DNA of 63,200 bases, counting the filler, from Collodictyon triciliatum (Eukaryota), in the NCBI GenBank assembly GCA_043381765.1. It is 4 parts of 4 records of this genome, joined end to end, with 100 filler letters (N's around TTAATTAATTAA, not from the genome) between each part and the next. Parts side by side here need not be neighbours in the genome. Positions count along the whole stretch, not along the records: positions 27,569 to 51,546 come from JBHJMP010000115.1; 3 more parts are not named here. The stretch is one strand, 5' to 3'. Both the position numbers and the translations under genes were made by a program. The notes below the pieces were generated by a model that saw nothing but the letters and a program-made list of their open reading frames with translations, did no database searches and was not told where the DNA came from. Of the stretch, positions 34,430 to 49,570 are shown piece after piece. The stretch's first letter is position 1, and the number at the start of each line of letters is the position of its first letter.

Positions 34430-34692
34430 GGACACACGCAGAGGATGCCACGCTAATCTGCTCTTGGCAGCGTCGCGTGTGGACAAACCAAAGAACCCAC
34501 GAAACAAGCGGCCTGGCCAGTCTCCTTTCTATTCTGCACAAGCCGCCCTCTCCTTTCCCTCCTTTCATGCGCTTCCTCTCTTTGCACCCCTAAATACAGA
34601 TACACCCACGAATCCGCGCATCCCTGGCTTGTCTGTGGCTTTGTGAAGCGAGCAGTGCCTCAGTCGAGACTACGGGTGTGAATGCGTGGGGT

Positions 34693-38156
<3,464 letters not shown>

Positions 38157-38412
38157 TCCTTGTTTTGGTCTGTGATTGACGTTTTCTGGACTTAGTCGGG
38201 CGCTGCTCTCTTCCTTTTTATGGTGTTTATTAATGCGACTCGTCTGAAGGTTTTGGTCGATGCAGTAAAATAACACAGATCAGTATTTTTCACGGTTTAA
38301 GTACCCAGAGATCTCTGTCATCAGCGCTTTGTGTGATTCTGGTAGAGCAGATCGAATCGAATGTTCTCTGGTGGAATATTCTATCGGAAAATATTTTTGG
38401 AGATGTGATGAC

Positions 38413-38443
<31 letters not shown>

Positions 38444-38534
38444 GTGATGATGGTGATGATGATGATTATGATGACAATGATGACAATGATGATGATTATG
38501 ATGACGATGATGACAATGATGGCGATTCATGTGT

Positions 38535-39480
38535 TTATAAGACTCCGCCGCTCTGTTGGGCTACATGCTCGCGGACGTAAAGGATTGTCAGGATGGGAGG
38601 ACCGAAGAAAAGTCCAAACCAAAAGAACAGATTCCCGAGAATAGTGCCCCGCATGAAAGGTTGGCGACCGAGCCAGATAAGAGGGACTGTGGCAATGGCA
38701 AGAGGTGTGTCGTGAGTTATACTATTTGCTGAAGAAAAAAGAAGAAAAAAGAAGAAAAAAGAAGAAAAAAGAAGAAAAAAGAAGAAAAAAGAAGAAAAAA
38801 GAAGAAAAAAGAAGAAAAAAGAAGAAAANNNNNNNNNNNNNNNNNNNNNNNNNNNNNNNNNNNNNNNNNNNNNNNNNNNNNNNNNNNNNNNNNNNNNNNN
38901 NNNNNNNNNNNNNNNNNNNNNNNNNNNNAAAGAAGAAAAAAAAGAAGAAAAAAAAGAAGAAAAAAAAGAAGAAAAAAAAGAAGAAAAAAAAGAAGAAAAA
39001 AAAAGAAGAAAAAAAAAGAAGAAAAAGAAATGGAATCTATTTACTCTGGGACATTTGCATCAAGAACAGATAGAGATGAACAACTCGGAAGCCAACAGTC
39101 AGAACCAACTATGCGAGGATTGGTATAAGATGATTTGTGACATCATCACCAACAAAATAGAAACCATAATGATAGAAAATGGAACAGATGATTTACCCAA
39201 GCAATATATGATATTATAGAGTGATAGAAAAAGAAAGGAGGAAAACGACAACATTTCACAGTTTGCAAATGAAACAGACAACTACTTATCCGATTATTCA
39301 GTATGTTTATACCTCGTGAAGCATGGCAGAGAATAAAAATGTTGCCCACATAGCACTCGTTTTCGAGAGACGAATTTTCTCAATGCTGCGTAAATATTAT
39401 TAGTGCAAAGGTAGAGCAACAAAATCGTTTACCATGATTATCTAAAAAAAACAATAATAAAAAAATGATAACCCCTCTCC

Positions 39481-39535
<55 letters not shown>

Positions 39536-42480
39536 GAGACCAAAACAAAAATGAGAGGAATGAAATACTGATTTAATTTTTTTATCTGAAAAAAACCTTT
39601 CATTGTAAATATGCTCCAAAAGCCAATTGTGCACGGGCTTTGCGTTGATTTTGTTAGAAATGAGGGTTATATTCAAGAAAAGAATTTTCTTTTCAGAAAA
39701 AAAAGCCAAAGTAATGCGAGGGCTTAAAACAGAGGATGTGATAAGAGATGAAAGTGATGCTACCTTATTCCACTTTCTGGCATCTAAGTAGAATAAAGAA
39801 AAATAGTCAGGAAGTAAAAACTACCATATGTTTTTCATCTCTTGCAAAACAGATGTTATCCACGTATAAGTCAGTAGAGTTATAATGCCAAATAATACAA
39901 AAAAATACTAAAAAAATAATCATGCCGTACATTCTTCAAAAGAAGTAGAATTCCTAGTAGTTATATGATGTATAATTTTTTTTTTACTTAATCGCTTTAC
40001 TTTTACGAATTACATTATTTTATAAAATAAAAGGAAAAGTAACGTACCACCAATCACTGTAAAAGTATCTATCCGCAAAGAAAGTAACTTCAGCAAATCC
40101 ATTCAGGATAACCTCGAAAATCATAAAGAACCTAAAAGAATGAGATGCTGGTGACATGATGCATCTTGTGACGAAATATATGCAAAATTTTACGAGGAGC
40201 GGTACGAGAATAATTGAGGGATAATTTATCATACATGCAAAGGTGAATAACCATCATAGGCATCGCAAGCTTGGCAATCGCATGAATAGGATTCATCGAT
40301 TCTTGCTATAGTTTAATAAAAAAATTCATTGGCAAACACAAAACAAGGATGGTAATAAAATCATTAGGGATTTGGATAAAATCGGTAGCATTAACTAACT
40401 TGCCCAAGGACAGGATTTATGTACTCGGAAACTACAATTACATCAATTTTTTTTAAAGAGAAAGGTGGGGGTTTAAAAAGAAAATATCAGAGACCTAATA
40501 ATCAAACATTTGAACTAATATAATAATTTACATCCATCTTACTTGTGATGGACATGATCAGCAAAATGAAGAGACAAGCAAAGAATCGTTCAAGCAGATA
40601 CTGCATCCTTATGCTGGGTGTGCGAGGGTAAGAAGGCCGATAAATCAATGTCGGCATGGCCATATATAGGAGATAATCGAACAGAGAAACTAAAATAATG
40701 ACAACAAGATAGGAAGAAATTAAAGTGTTTCATTTAATATCATAATGACATATTTTTTTAAAATTAAGCATAGACAGATATAAACTAGTATCTTAGCTTA
40801 CATATGTATTATAAAGTCATAATATCAAGGGGCTTATTTTTATTTTAAAAATTTATTTTACACCTAGAGAGAAAAGTATTTTGATATACATATTAAGAAA
40901 ATAACCATTCTTTGGATATGGGATTGAAACCACGCCAGGGAAATTATTGTCCGAAAGGTCGCGATTTACAGCAAAATACGAGTGCATTTTCATGCCCAAG
41001 ACGATGGTTTCCATGCATAAGAATATCGAAGCAACTGATAATAATGGATTGTCAATTTAAAATCAGTGCATCATTATACCCAAACATCAAGGGCTGATCT
41101 AGAAACAAAAGCAAAGAAAAAGAAAAAGAGATACCGTCTGAATAATCAATATTGCATATGGTACACTATCAGATTGAGAATATACCGAATGGTGTTTCTC
41201 GACGGAATATTTCAAAGAGTACGGCAAGGAGAAAAATCAGCAGAGCGGTGTGATGTACCAAACGCAAGAGAAGACGGGGTATTTTGACATAGAGTGTAAA
41301 AACTTCCAAAAAGTAGGTTGAAGTCGAGAACGCCAACATCACCTGAAAGGATGGCAAATCAGTGTCTTACATGTATTGAATTGGAAATGGACAATGCCTT
41401 CATAAATAGGATAATATGAAGAAAAGTAAAGCAGACTATTTGCAGTATTGTAAAAACAGTTGATGTTTAATATCATCACGACGTTGAATTCGCAATTACA
41501 AGGAAGGCAAGAAGCGTATGAAATATATCCCCAAAGGTGAAATGGAAGACAGAGACATCAAAGACGTATCCATGTTCGTAGTAATTGACGACAGTGTGTG
41601 TAATTATGAAAACAACCTATGCAAAGAAATTATGACAAAGTGTTCTACATAAAACGATTGAAAAGAACACAGTTTACATATTTCATCACGATTAAAGAGG
41701 CTGGTATGAAATTTATCGTCATTTCAGATGCAGTAAAACATGTAATGACGTACCCCGGCAAGGACAGACAAGTGAACAAACCCGCGGAACATGTTTACTG
41801 ATAGTTGCTTTTCATCAAAGTATGTAATGGCGGATTGTGGTTCAACAACACGCTTGACAGGGCGATCAGATTTCGGCCCATCCACTGGCTTGACAGTAGG
41901 TTCGATGGCAACATCATTTGGGTTAGTCTTAATTGATTTGTTTTCTTGTACGGGAACAGGAGTGGCATGTTTTTCAGGCTTTTCACGGTTCGCAGACTTT
42001 GAAGATTTTGCAGATGTGTTTGGAATCACACTGTCGGAATTTTATTATGTAATTGTGTTATTTATCTTTTTTCTTTTCTTCCACTTAAAAAAAAAAAAAA
42101 ACGACAAATAAGAATAATTGGAGCACATACTTTTTTTTTCTGATATAGGATAAAAAACAAAAAACAAAACAAACAAAATACACCAGCTCATATTGACGTA
42201 TTTGATGAATAATTATATTGAAAATACAATTATTGGAATTAACGTCCTTTCTTTTCCTTTATTCAGTTCAAAAGAAAATCTTGAAATAAACATCCACATT
42301 GCTAATGCCAACCCAAGCACTTACCTTGTGTGGGCCTTCTTTGGATTGGACATGGCCTTGCGGTCTTTCATTATCGTACCTTGCAGCCTCCGAGACTCCC
42401 CTGATCAGTAGCGTGCTGTCATAGCAGTATATTTTCACACACATGTCTTTCCATTTTTTTCGCCAAGCAGTACCTTTCAT
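38535..42480 (-). CDS. MBOAT sterol O-acyltransferase (ARE/SOAT/DGAT1 family; tail most like yeast ARE). Start at 42480, 42371 or 42353
   Basis: LNGFAEVTFFADRYFYSDWW/NSTSFEE/YARKWNK/PVHNWL, FLFSAMLHE (catalytic His), YLFLMQMSQ/IPL..., LGNLFFWFGLFFGP. Stop TAA at 38535. Confidence 0.88.
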
Positions 42481-42823
42481 CTACATATCTGGCCGCCTCC
42501 TTCACAGAAACCCCAGAAACCACACAAGGAGAATAAACGCACAATGTTGGTGGGAGTCGTTGGACTTTGTCCTCAGCTATACGAAGCTTTCACACCCACA
42601 GCGATGTCAAAAACACTCGCAGCCTTTCGACTCTGCCTGTCACCTTCGCCGTGAAATTCGCTCGAAGGGTGCCTCACCGAAAGTGACGATTTTCCAGAGT
42701 GACATTTCAAGAGACCGGAGATTCGGCAGGTCAGTGGACGAAAGGCAGCAGGGCGAAGGCTTACATACACGCAAATAATTGCTGCCAGGGATGGAAAAGT
42801 CAAACCCATTTATGTGTAAAAAA

Positions 42824-42898
<75 letters not shown>

Positions 42899-43041
42899 AC
42901 GTTTATGTGGCAGACAAACATTCATGTTAGGGAACAAAGAGTCACAGACAGAGTCAGAACATCAAACTCTTGCTCTTATAAGATGGTTTCTGTGAAAAGG
43001 CTTTAATATTTCCTTGGGTGACGATTAGCGGTGAAGTCTTG

Positions 43042-44567
43042 TTACTCTGATTTGGAAGCAGCATCTTGTGTCTTCTCTCGTAAATAACGAGAGAATGTTT
43101 GCGCCACAAGAAGAGGGAAAATTATGGAAGCTTCTCCATGTACCTACACAATATATATTATAACTGCGTCGCCACATGTGCTGTAAATTGGGAAAGGCCG
43201 AGTAAATAAGGAGAGCCACATTAGATGAAAAGGAGAGAGATGGAGGACATGTTGTTTATAGTCATGAATATATTTTGGATGAAAAAATTGCCTTGACAGG
43301 ATTTGCCGTGATTCTAATTTTCCCCCATGAGACTGCTTCATCGGGAGTTGCACCACTGTCACTGCCATCGAAATCAAGACCAGTATTGACGTACACGGCA
43401 AAATCCGCACCGTTCCTCATCAAGTTAGCATTGCAAATCTGGTGTTTGATTACTCCGCCTGGATTTCGTAGTTTTTTTTTCTTACATGAGCAATTACGAA
43501 GCATTTTAATATTTTTTTTGGTCTACTGTAATCTCTGGGGATTATATTTATTTACAAATAGAACGAACCTCCAAGAATGATGATACCAGATTTGCGAGCA
43601 AACGCAGCAATATTATTCAGAGACCTGATATCTATTTCACGAGGAAGAATTATATAATACGAAAGTAATGAAAGTATAACAAAGGTCTGCGTAGATTGAT
43701 GGCTAGAAATAAGACGTTCACGCTCCATACAATTATTAGCTTGTATATGTATTACTATGGAGAGTCAAACCTTGGGCAATATCAACGATGAATCCAGGAT
43801 TCTTGAACGAATGAAAATAAATCATGTCTCCAAGAGAACCATCAGTAATTGCCGGACAAAATATTGGAATATCATTCTGGATGCATCAAACAAATTAACG
43901 AACATTGATTTAGAGAAGGAAAACTCGAATGCAAAAATTAAAGTAAAAAACAATAATCTGAAAATAACGAATCCCTAAACAAATCAGAAAACTGAAAGCG
44001 AAATGAATTTTTTCTCCACAAAGGTATTATGTAAGAGAAACCTTTGCAGCCCAATAGCACACCGAGTCCTCGTGGTTGATTTCAAGTCCAAGGCGGCGGA
44101 CAATGGAAGCTGGACTCCATATGATACCCTAGGGTTTTTAGTCCAATATATTATGCTTAAGGAAGAAAAGAAAGAAAGAAGTAGATTCTATGAGACAAGA
44201 TGCAAATAAAGTTGATGAATGGAGATGTAAGAGCTGAAGGAGTATTACATTTGCTTTTTGCTCTTCAAGCATCTTATCTAGAATCGGATTGACAAAGTCC
44301 TCAAACTTGCAGTAATTGTCATTTGGAACCAGAAGATTTCCAATTCGATTGATGCCTTTGAGCCTCAGTTCTCTGCCAGGAAGAGTAAAGTCGCCCATAT
44401 AAGTGGGGACCATACACTTCATAATGTCTTCTTCCACACCACCAGCTGTGGTGACGATGACATCGATCTAGCACCGTGGAAATATCAGGGCAATGTGATA
44501 GAGAGCTGGACGTGACCAAGGTGTATGCATTCGAAGAGAAAAAGAGGGCTCGCCTCACATTCCCTTC

Positions 44568-44644
<77 letters not shown>

Positions 44645-45390
44645 CACAACAACAATCACAACAATCACAACAATCACAACAACAATCACAACAACAATCA
44701 CAACAACAATCATAACAACAATCACAGTATTCTGAACAAAATAATTCATCATGCCTCTGGGGTAAGCATCCATCATTGAGAGGGTAGGAGGGATGGGGAC
44801 GTACGAGTTTGTTCTTGACCAGAAACTTGATAGTCTCGCGCACACCAGAGGAAATCATGTTAGAGGTATATCCAAGAAAGATGGTGCACTTGACGGAGGT
44901 GCGATACTCGGGATTTTTGGAGTCTTCGTCCTCGTCGGGGAGAACAGGCTCGTCGCTGAGTCTCCAACGCAGCTGCACATGGTCGTGAGGAATTATACAA
45001 TCAGCCGCCGAACCAACCCGCGCACGTCCAGAAAACATTGGTAAAAGACAATGAAAAGCAAGTCTGTCCTCAGAGAGGGACACCAAGGCAAGGCAAGAGA
45101 AGGGAAGGGAGGGGAAGGGAAGGCAAGGCAAGGGAAGGGAAGGAAGATGGAAACGCAAGGGCGCGCCGGACAGAAGGCGGAGGGCAAACCATGCGCATGA
45201 TCTCCTCGGCAGCAGCAGCGAGATTAGTCGACTGGAAACCGGTGGTCTTGGCCGCATCAAAGAATCGTGTGAGGAAGTCGAGATGTGCATCGGACGGCAG
45301 CGCCTCCCAATCGAGGCCGCGGACGGTCGGGTGGTCGCTTGGGAGACCAGCCGAGCTCTGCAGAACGTTTTCGCGGATGGTCGGGTTCAT
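43042..45390 (-). CDS. DHPS: Deoxyhypusine synthase
   Basis: [84 protein letters not shown], and [18 protein letters not shown] with the catalytic Lys retained. Stop TAA at 43042. Confidence 0.96.
44568..44725. repeat. (AAC)n / (AACAATCAC)n compound microsatellite in DHS intron 2
   Basis: Direct inspection. Confidence 0.95.
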
Positions 45391-45663
45391 CGCTGGGCGG
45401 CTGCGGTGGGGGTTTGTTGTGTTGTTTGAGTTGATGGTCGCTTTGCTTAGAGTTTGGTTGGGGTTGTGTGTCCAGCGAGGTGCTTTATGGTTGCTCTTCT
45501 TTTCCTCGTGAGCCACCCAGCCAGAGACCTTCTGTATTCCTGGGTGATTCGTGTAACGGGCTGAGAAGCGTGGAACTATGGCGAGAAAAACAGAGGAAAG
45601 AGAAGAGGGGTGGCTGTGTGGGCGGAAGGAGAACAGGTAGCCGAATCCGCGTGAAGCGGTGCA

Positions 45664-47095
45664 CTATGGGCTGACTCGCAGCACAACCTTGCCCTTGTTT
45701 TCATCCTTGGCAATGTACTCATGCGCATCGCCTGCAGACTGGATGGGATAGACGCGATCCACAAGGACCTTGAGCTGCCCATTCTCAAAGAGCGGCCCGG
45801 CAAACTGGACAAAGCGCGACACAAGATTCGCCTTGTATGCGGTGGTTCGGTTGCGCAGCGTGGAGCCGCGGATGGTCAGGCGCTTGCGCAGAATCTGACC
45901 GACATTAGCCTCGCCCGGGACAGCAGGGCCGCCCAGAAAACCCAGCATGACCATGCGGCCATCCTCCTTCAACACACGCAGGTTGCTTTGGAAGTATGGT
46001 CCGCCGATAAAGTCAATCACCACATCGACTCCGCCCAGAGCGCTGACCACCTCGGCAAAGTCTACGTCCTTACGGTTGAATGCCTTTTCCGCCCCGTACT
46101 TCTCACAGAACTCGATCTTGTCTTGTGATCCGACACAGGCATACGGAATGGCACCGAGGCTACGGGCAATCTGGATGGCACAGATACCAACCCCGCTAGC
46201 CCCTGCGTGCACAAGAATCTGCATGTTGTTTGTTTGCTCTTGAGTGCATAGTATAGTATGGTGAATTAAGGTTTTTGAATATGTGGTCATTGTGGTACAT
46301 CATTTATTCCTCTCGATGTCATTCTTTGTTTTACTTGATCTATTTACTTTCGACGAACAAAAAAAGCTTAATAGGGCGATTACTCAAACCTTCTCTCCAG
46401 GCTGCAGCTCAGCAAGAAGGCAAACTGCTTGGAAGGCAGTCAAGAAAGCCTCGGGAATGGCGGCAGCTTGCTCGAACGTGGTTCCTTCAGGCGACTCTGA
46501 AAGCCTTGGAATGGCAAAGAGAGAGCCTTCTGGGACAACAACAAACTCTGCATAACCTCCCCCGGCGAGTAGCCCGCACACACGGTCACCAGCCTTCCAG
46601 CCCAAAGCACAATCGGGCCCGACCTGTGAGGAAAGATCAAACACCTTGGCATGTGACTTCCTTGGAGCTGAAAAAAGATAGTGTGTTTATCATTTACTAA
46701 TATTTTTTTAAAAATTCTCAGGGGACCGAGCGACAGAACCTCATGGACAACGCCAGACATCTCCAGGCCGATGATGTCGGACTCTCCAGGGGGTGGCGGG
46801 TACGAGCCCTGGCGCTGCAAGAGATCGGCCCTGTTGACAGCTGTGGCGTGGATCTATCAATACCCTTGCGTGAGGCTGTGTGCTTGTGGTGGGCGGGTTT
46901 CTCCTTTCTCTTTCTTCTTTGTTTCTTTTACTGGCAAAGTGCTTGCGAGAGCGAGGGGATACCGAGCGGCGTGAAAAAGAGCCAGGTCGCTACCTTGACA
47001 AGGACATGCTTTGCTTTGAGAGTCGGCAAGGGAACATCCTCCAGAGTCATCCCTGCGGCTGTTTGGTCCTTGCACACAATCGCCTTCATCGTCAT
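45664..47095 (-). CDS. NAD(P)H quinone oxidoreductase, PIG3/TP53I3 subfamily of MDR/zeta-crystallin
   Basis: [85 protein letters not shown]. Confidence 0.93.
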
Positions 47096-47609
47096 CGCTG
47101 GATACTACAGTTTGCGCGGTGAGACATCGCAGAGGATTATGCGGCGCTGCCTTGTGTGACATCTTTGACGGCCAAAATCTGGTGCCGATTCCAAGTTTGC
47201 GATCTGTGGTGCTAAGAGACTAAGCCTAAAGGGGATATGCGATAATTAGTACAATATTATTAGTACGATATATCTGGTGTGGTCACATGCTTGCAGAATA
47301 GAGTATTTGACATCCTCGTGGCCACCCTCAGGTCCCACAAGTTGTGATAAAATGCAACCTGCTGTGGGAATGCGGGAATTAATTTAAAGAACCATTGTGG
47401 TCTCAATCCCACTAACACTGATGGATGGCGAGAAAATCAACATAGTGCTGCCACATCAAACACCACACGCCGCCACAAGCCAACCACTCGGCCGCTGCCA
47501 AACAGACAGACACAAACCGCTGATGACCACTGTGCCTACGCAAGCCACGCGCAGCAGAGGCTGAACAATCCCCTCCATCACAGACCCACTCGCCAGACAC
47601 GCAGACAGG

Positions 47610-48628
47610 ATGCAGTACATCAAGGACGGCTGGTTCCACGAGACCGACGCACTCAACAAGGGCACGAAGCTGACCCTGAAGGTTGAAGAGGTGCTGTACA
47701 CCGGCAAGTCGGACTTCCAGGAGCTGCTTGTGTTCAAGTCCGAGTTCTTTGGCACGGTTCTTGTTCTGGACGGAGCCATCCAGCTGACGGAGCGCGACGA
47801 GCACTCGTACCAGGAGATGATTGCCCACCTGCCCATCGCCGCACACCCCAACCCGAAGCGCGTAAGCCCGCCCTTCCCCGTCCCTCCTCGCCACCTTCTG
47901 CAGCTTGCCTCTGTCCATTCTGGTCGTTGCTGACCTACGCCTCGCTCTCCCGTCCCTTGGCTACTCAGGTCCTTGTGGTTGGTGGCGGCGACGGCGGAGT
48001 CCTCCGTGAAATTGCCCGCTACCCCGGCATCGAGAACATCGACATTTGCGAGATCGATAAGGTAAGCAGGCTCTATGTGCCGTTGCCTGGACCCGTGTGT
48101 TGGCAAAAAAGAAAAGAAAGGCAGAGAGAAGTTGACACGTGAAAGCAAACGCAACTCACCCACGTTCTGTCGGGCCACAGGCTGTCATCGAGACCTCAAA
48201 GAAGTACCTCCCCCAGCTCTCCAAGGTTCGACCAGTTGGCTCAAAGACACAGACATAGACACATGCTCTTTCTCTGCTGCAGGCAACGTGTGCCTTTGCC
48301 CTCACACACCCTTCCTTCTTGCGCAGGGCTTCGACGACCCCCGCGTCACAGTGACCATCATGGACGGCTTCATCTTCCTCAAGGAGCGCGCAAACTACTA
48401 CGACGTCATCATCACCGACAGCTCCGACCCCATCGGTACGCATATGCACAGCAGACACCCACACAGAACCATACGCTGACGCAAAGAGCTCTCTGCAGGT
48501 CCCGCCGAGGTGCTCTTCCAGGCGCCGTACTTCCAGCTGATCCACGATGCGCTGCGCCCCAACGGGATTATGTGCTCGCAGGCCGAGAGCCAGGTACGGT
48601 GCCAGCAGGCTGCACTCGCACACTCTTT

Positions 48629-48727
<99 letters not shown>

Positions 48728-49129
48728 CACTCACCCTCGCACCCTCGCAGTGGTACCACATCCCGATCATCCAGGCCATGTTCACGGAGACGTCAAAGAT
48801 CTTTGCGACTGTTGACTACGGCTTCACCACCACGCCCACATACCCCAGGTTTGTCCGTGGCCCTGCCATGCGAAAGCAAACGCCCGCCCCTCTTTTCTGC
48901 GCCTCCTCTCATGTCCCGCCCCTTCCTGTGCAGCGGCCAGATCGGCTTCATGATCTGCGGCAAGGCCGGCGAGGCGGGTGAGAAGCACGACTTCCGCACC
49001 CCACAGACTGTCATGCCCGAGTCCCAGCTCGCCCAGCTCAGCTACTACTCCCCGGCCCTCCACAAGGCCTGCTTTGTCCTGCCCAAGTTCGCTGCGGACG
49101 CCCTCGCTGCCGTCGGCCGCCCTATTTAA
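47610..49129 (+). CDS. SRM: Spermidine synthase (aminopropyltransferase), 7 exons
   Basis: [89 protein letters not shown]. High GC3. Confidence 0.96.
48626..48726. repeat. (TTTC)n microsatellite in a spermidine synthase intron
   Basis: Direct inspection. Confidence 0.95.
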
Positions 49130-49570
49130 CTTGCCCCTCTGCATCACAACCAGGCAAGACAACTCCCGGCAGACGGACACACCCGCGTAGGTGCAGAGTC
49201 GGCCCCTTTTTCCCTTTTTTTACATCGAATGTGCTTTCAACACTTTTAAAGAAATAAACGAAGAGATTTATTGCCGTCTGATTTGCCGTGTCCGGGTGGC
49301 TGAGTTTGCTGCGCAGATAGATTTCAGCAAAGTAGCAGAACCGCATCGGCTGGTGGACCATAATAACCCTCCGGCAGCAGGGCACTTCAAAGTGTGACGA
49401 GAAAAGGCATGTTCCACACGGAGGCGAAAATTGTGTACTCCTTTGTTGGCCTGTCCAAGGTCAAGAATGCCCTCGATTCGAAACACTCAACAAAAAATAA
49501 AGAAAAAAGAGGTGGGGTAGGAACACTAGTAGCATATTTCACTCCGTGTAATGACTAGTTGAGACTTTCT

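Noticed and set aside
44319..45290. 323-aa ORF with a poly-Cys tract, plus the many poly-I/K/F/N/Y ORFs in the track
   Set aside because: These are translations through intronic microsatellites or antisense to real genes.
47412..48178. Long antisense ORFs over spermidine synthase, QOR and RSP3
   Set aside because: Expected shadow ORFs of GC3-rich coding sequence, with no independent motifs.
49268..49486. GC-richer patch with 70-90 aa ORFs between convergent genes
   Set aside because: No convincing start, splice sites or motif; probably UTR or terminator sequence.
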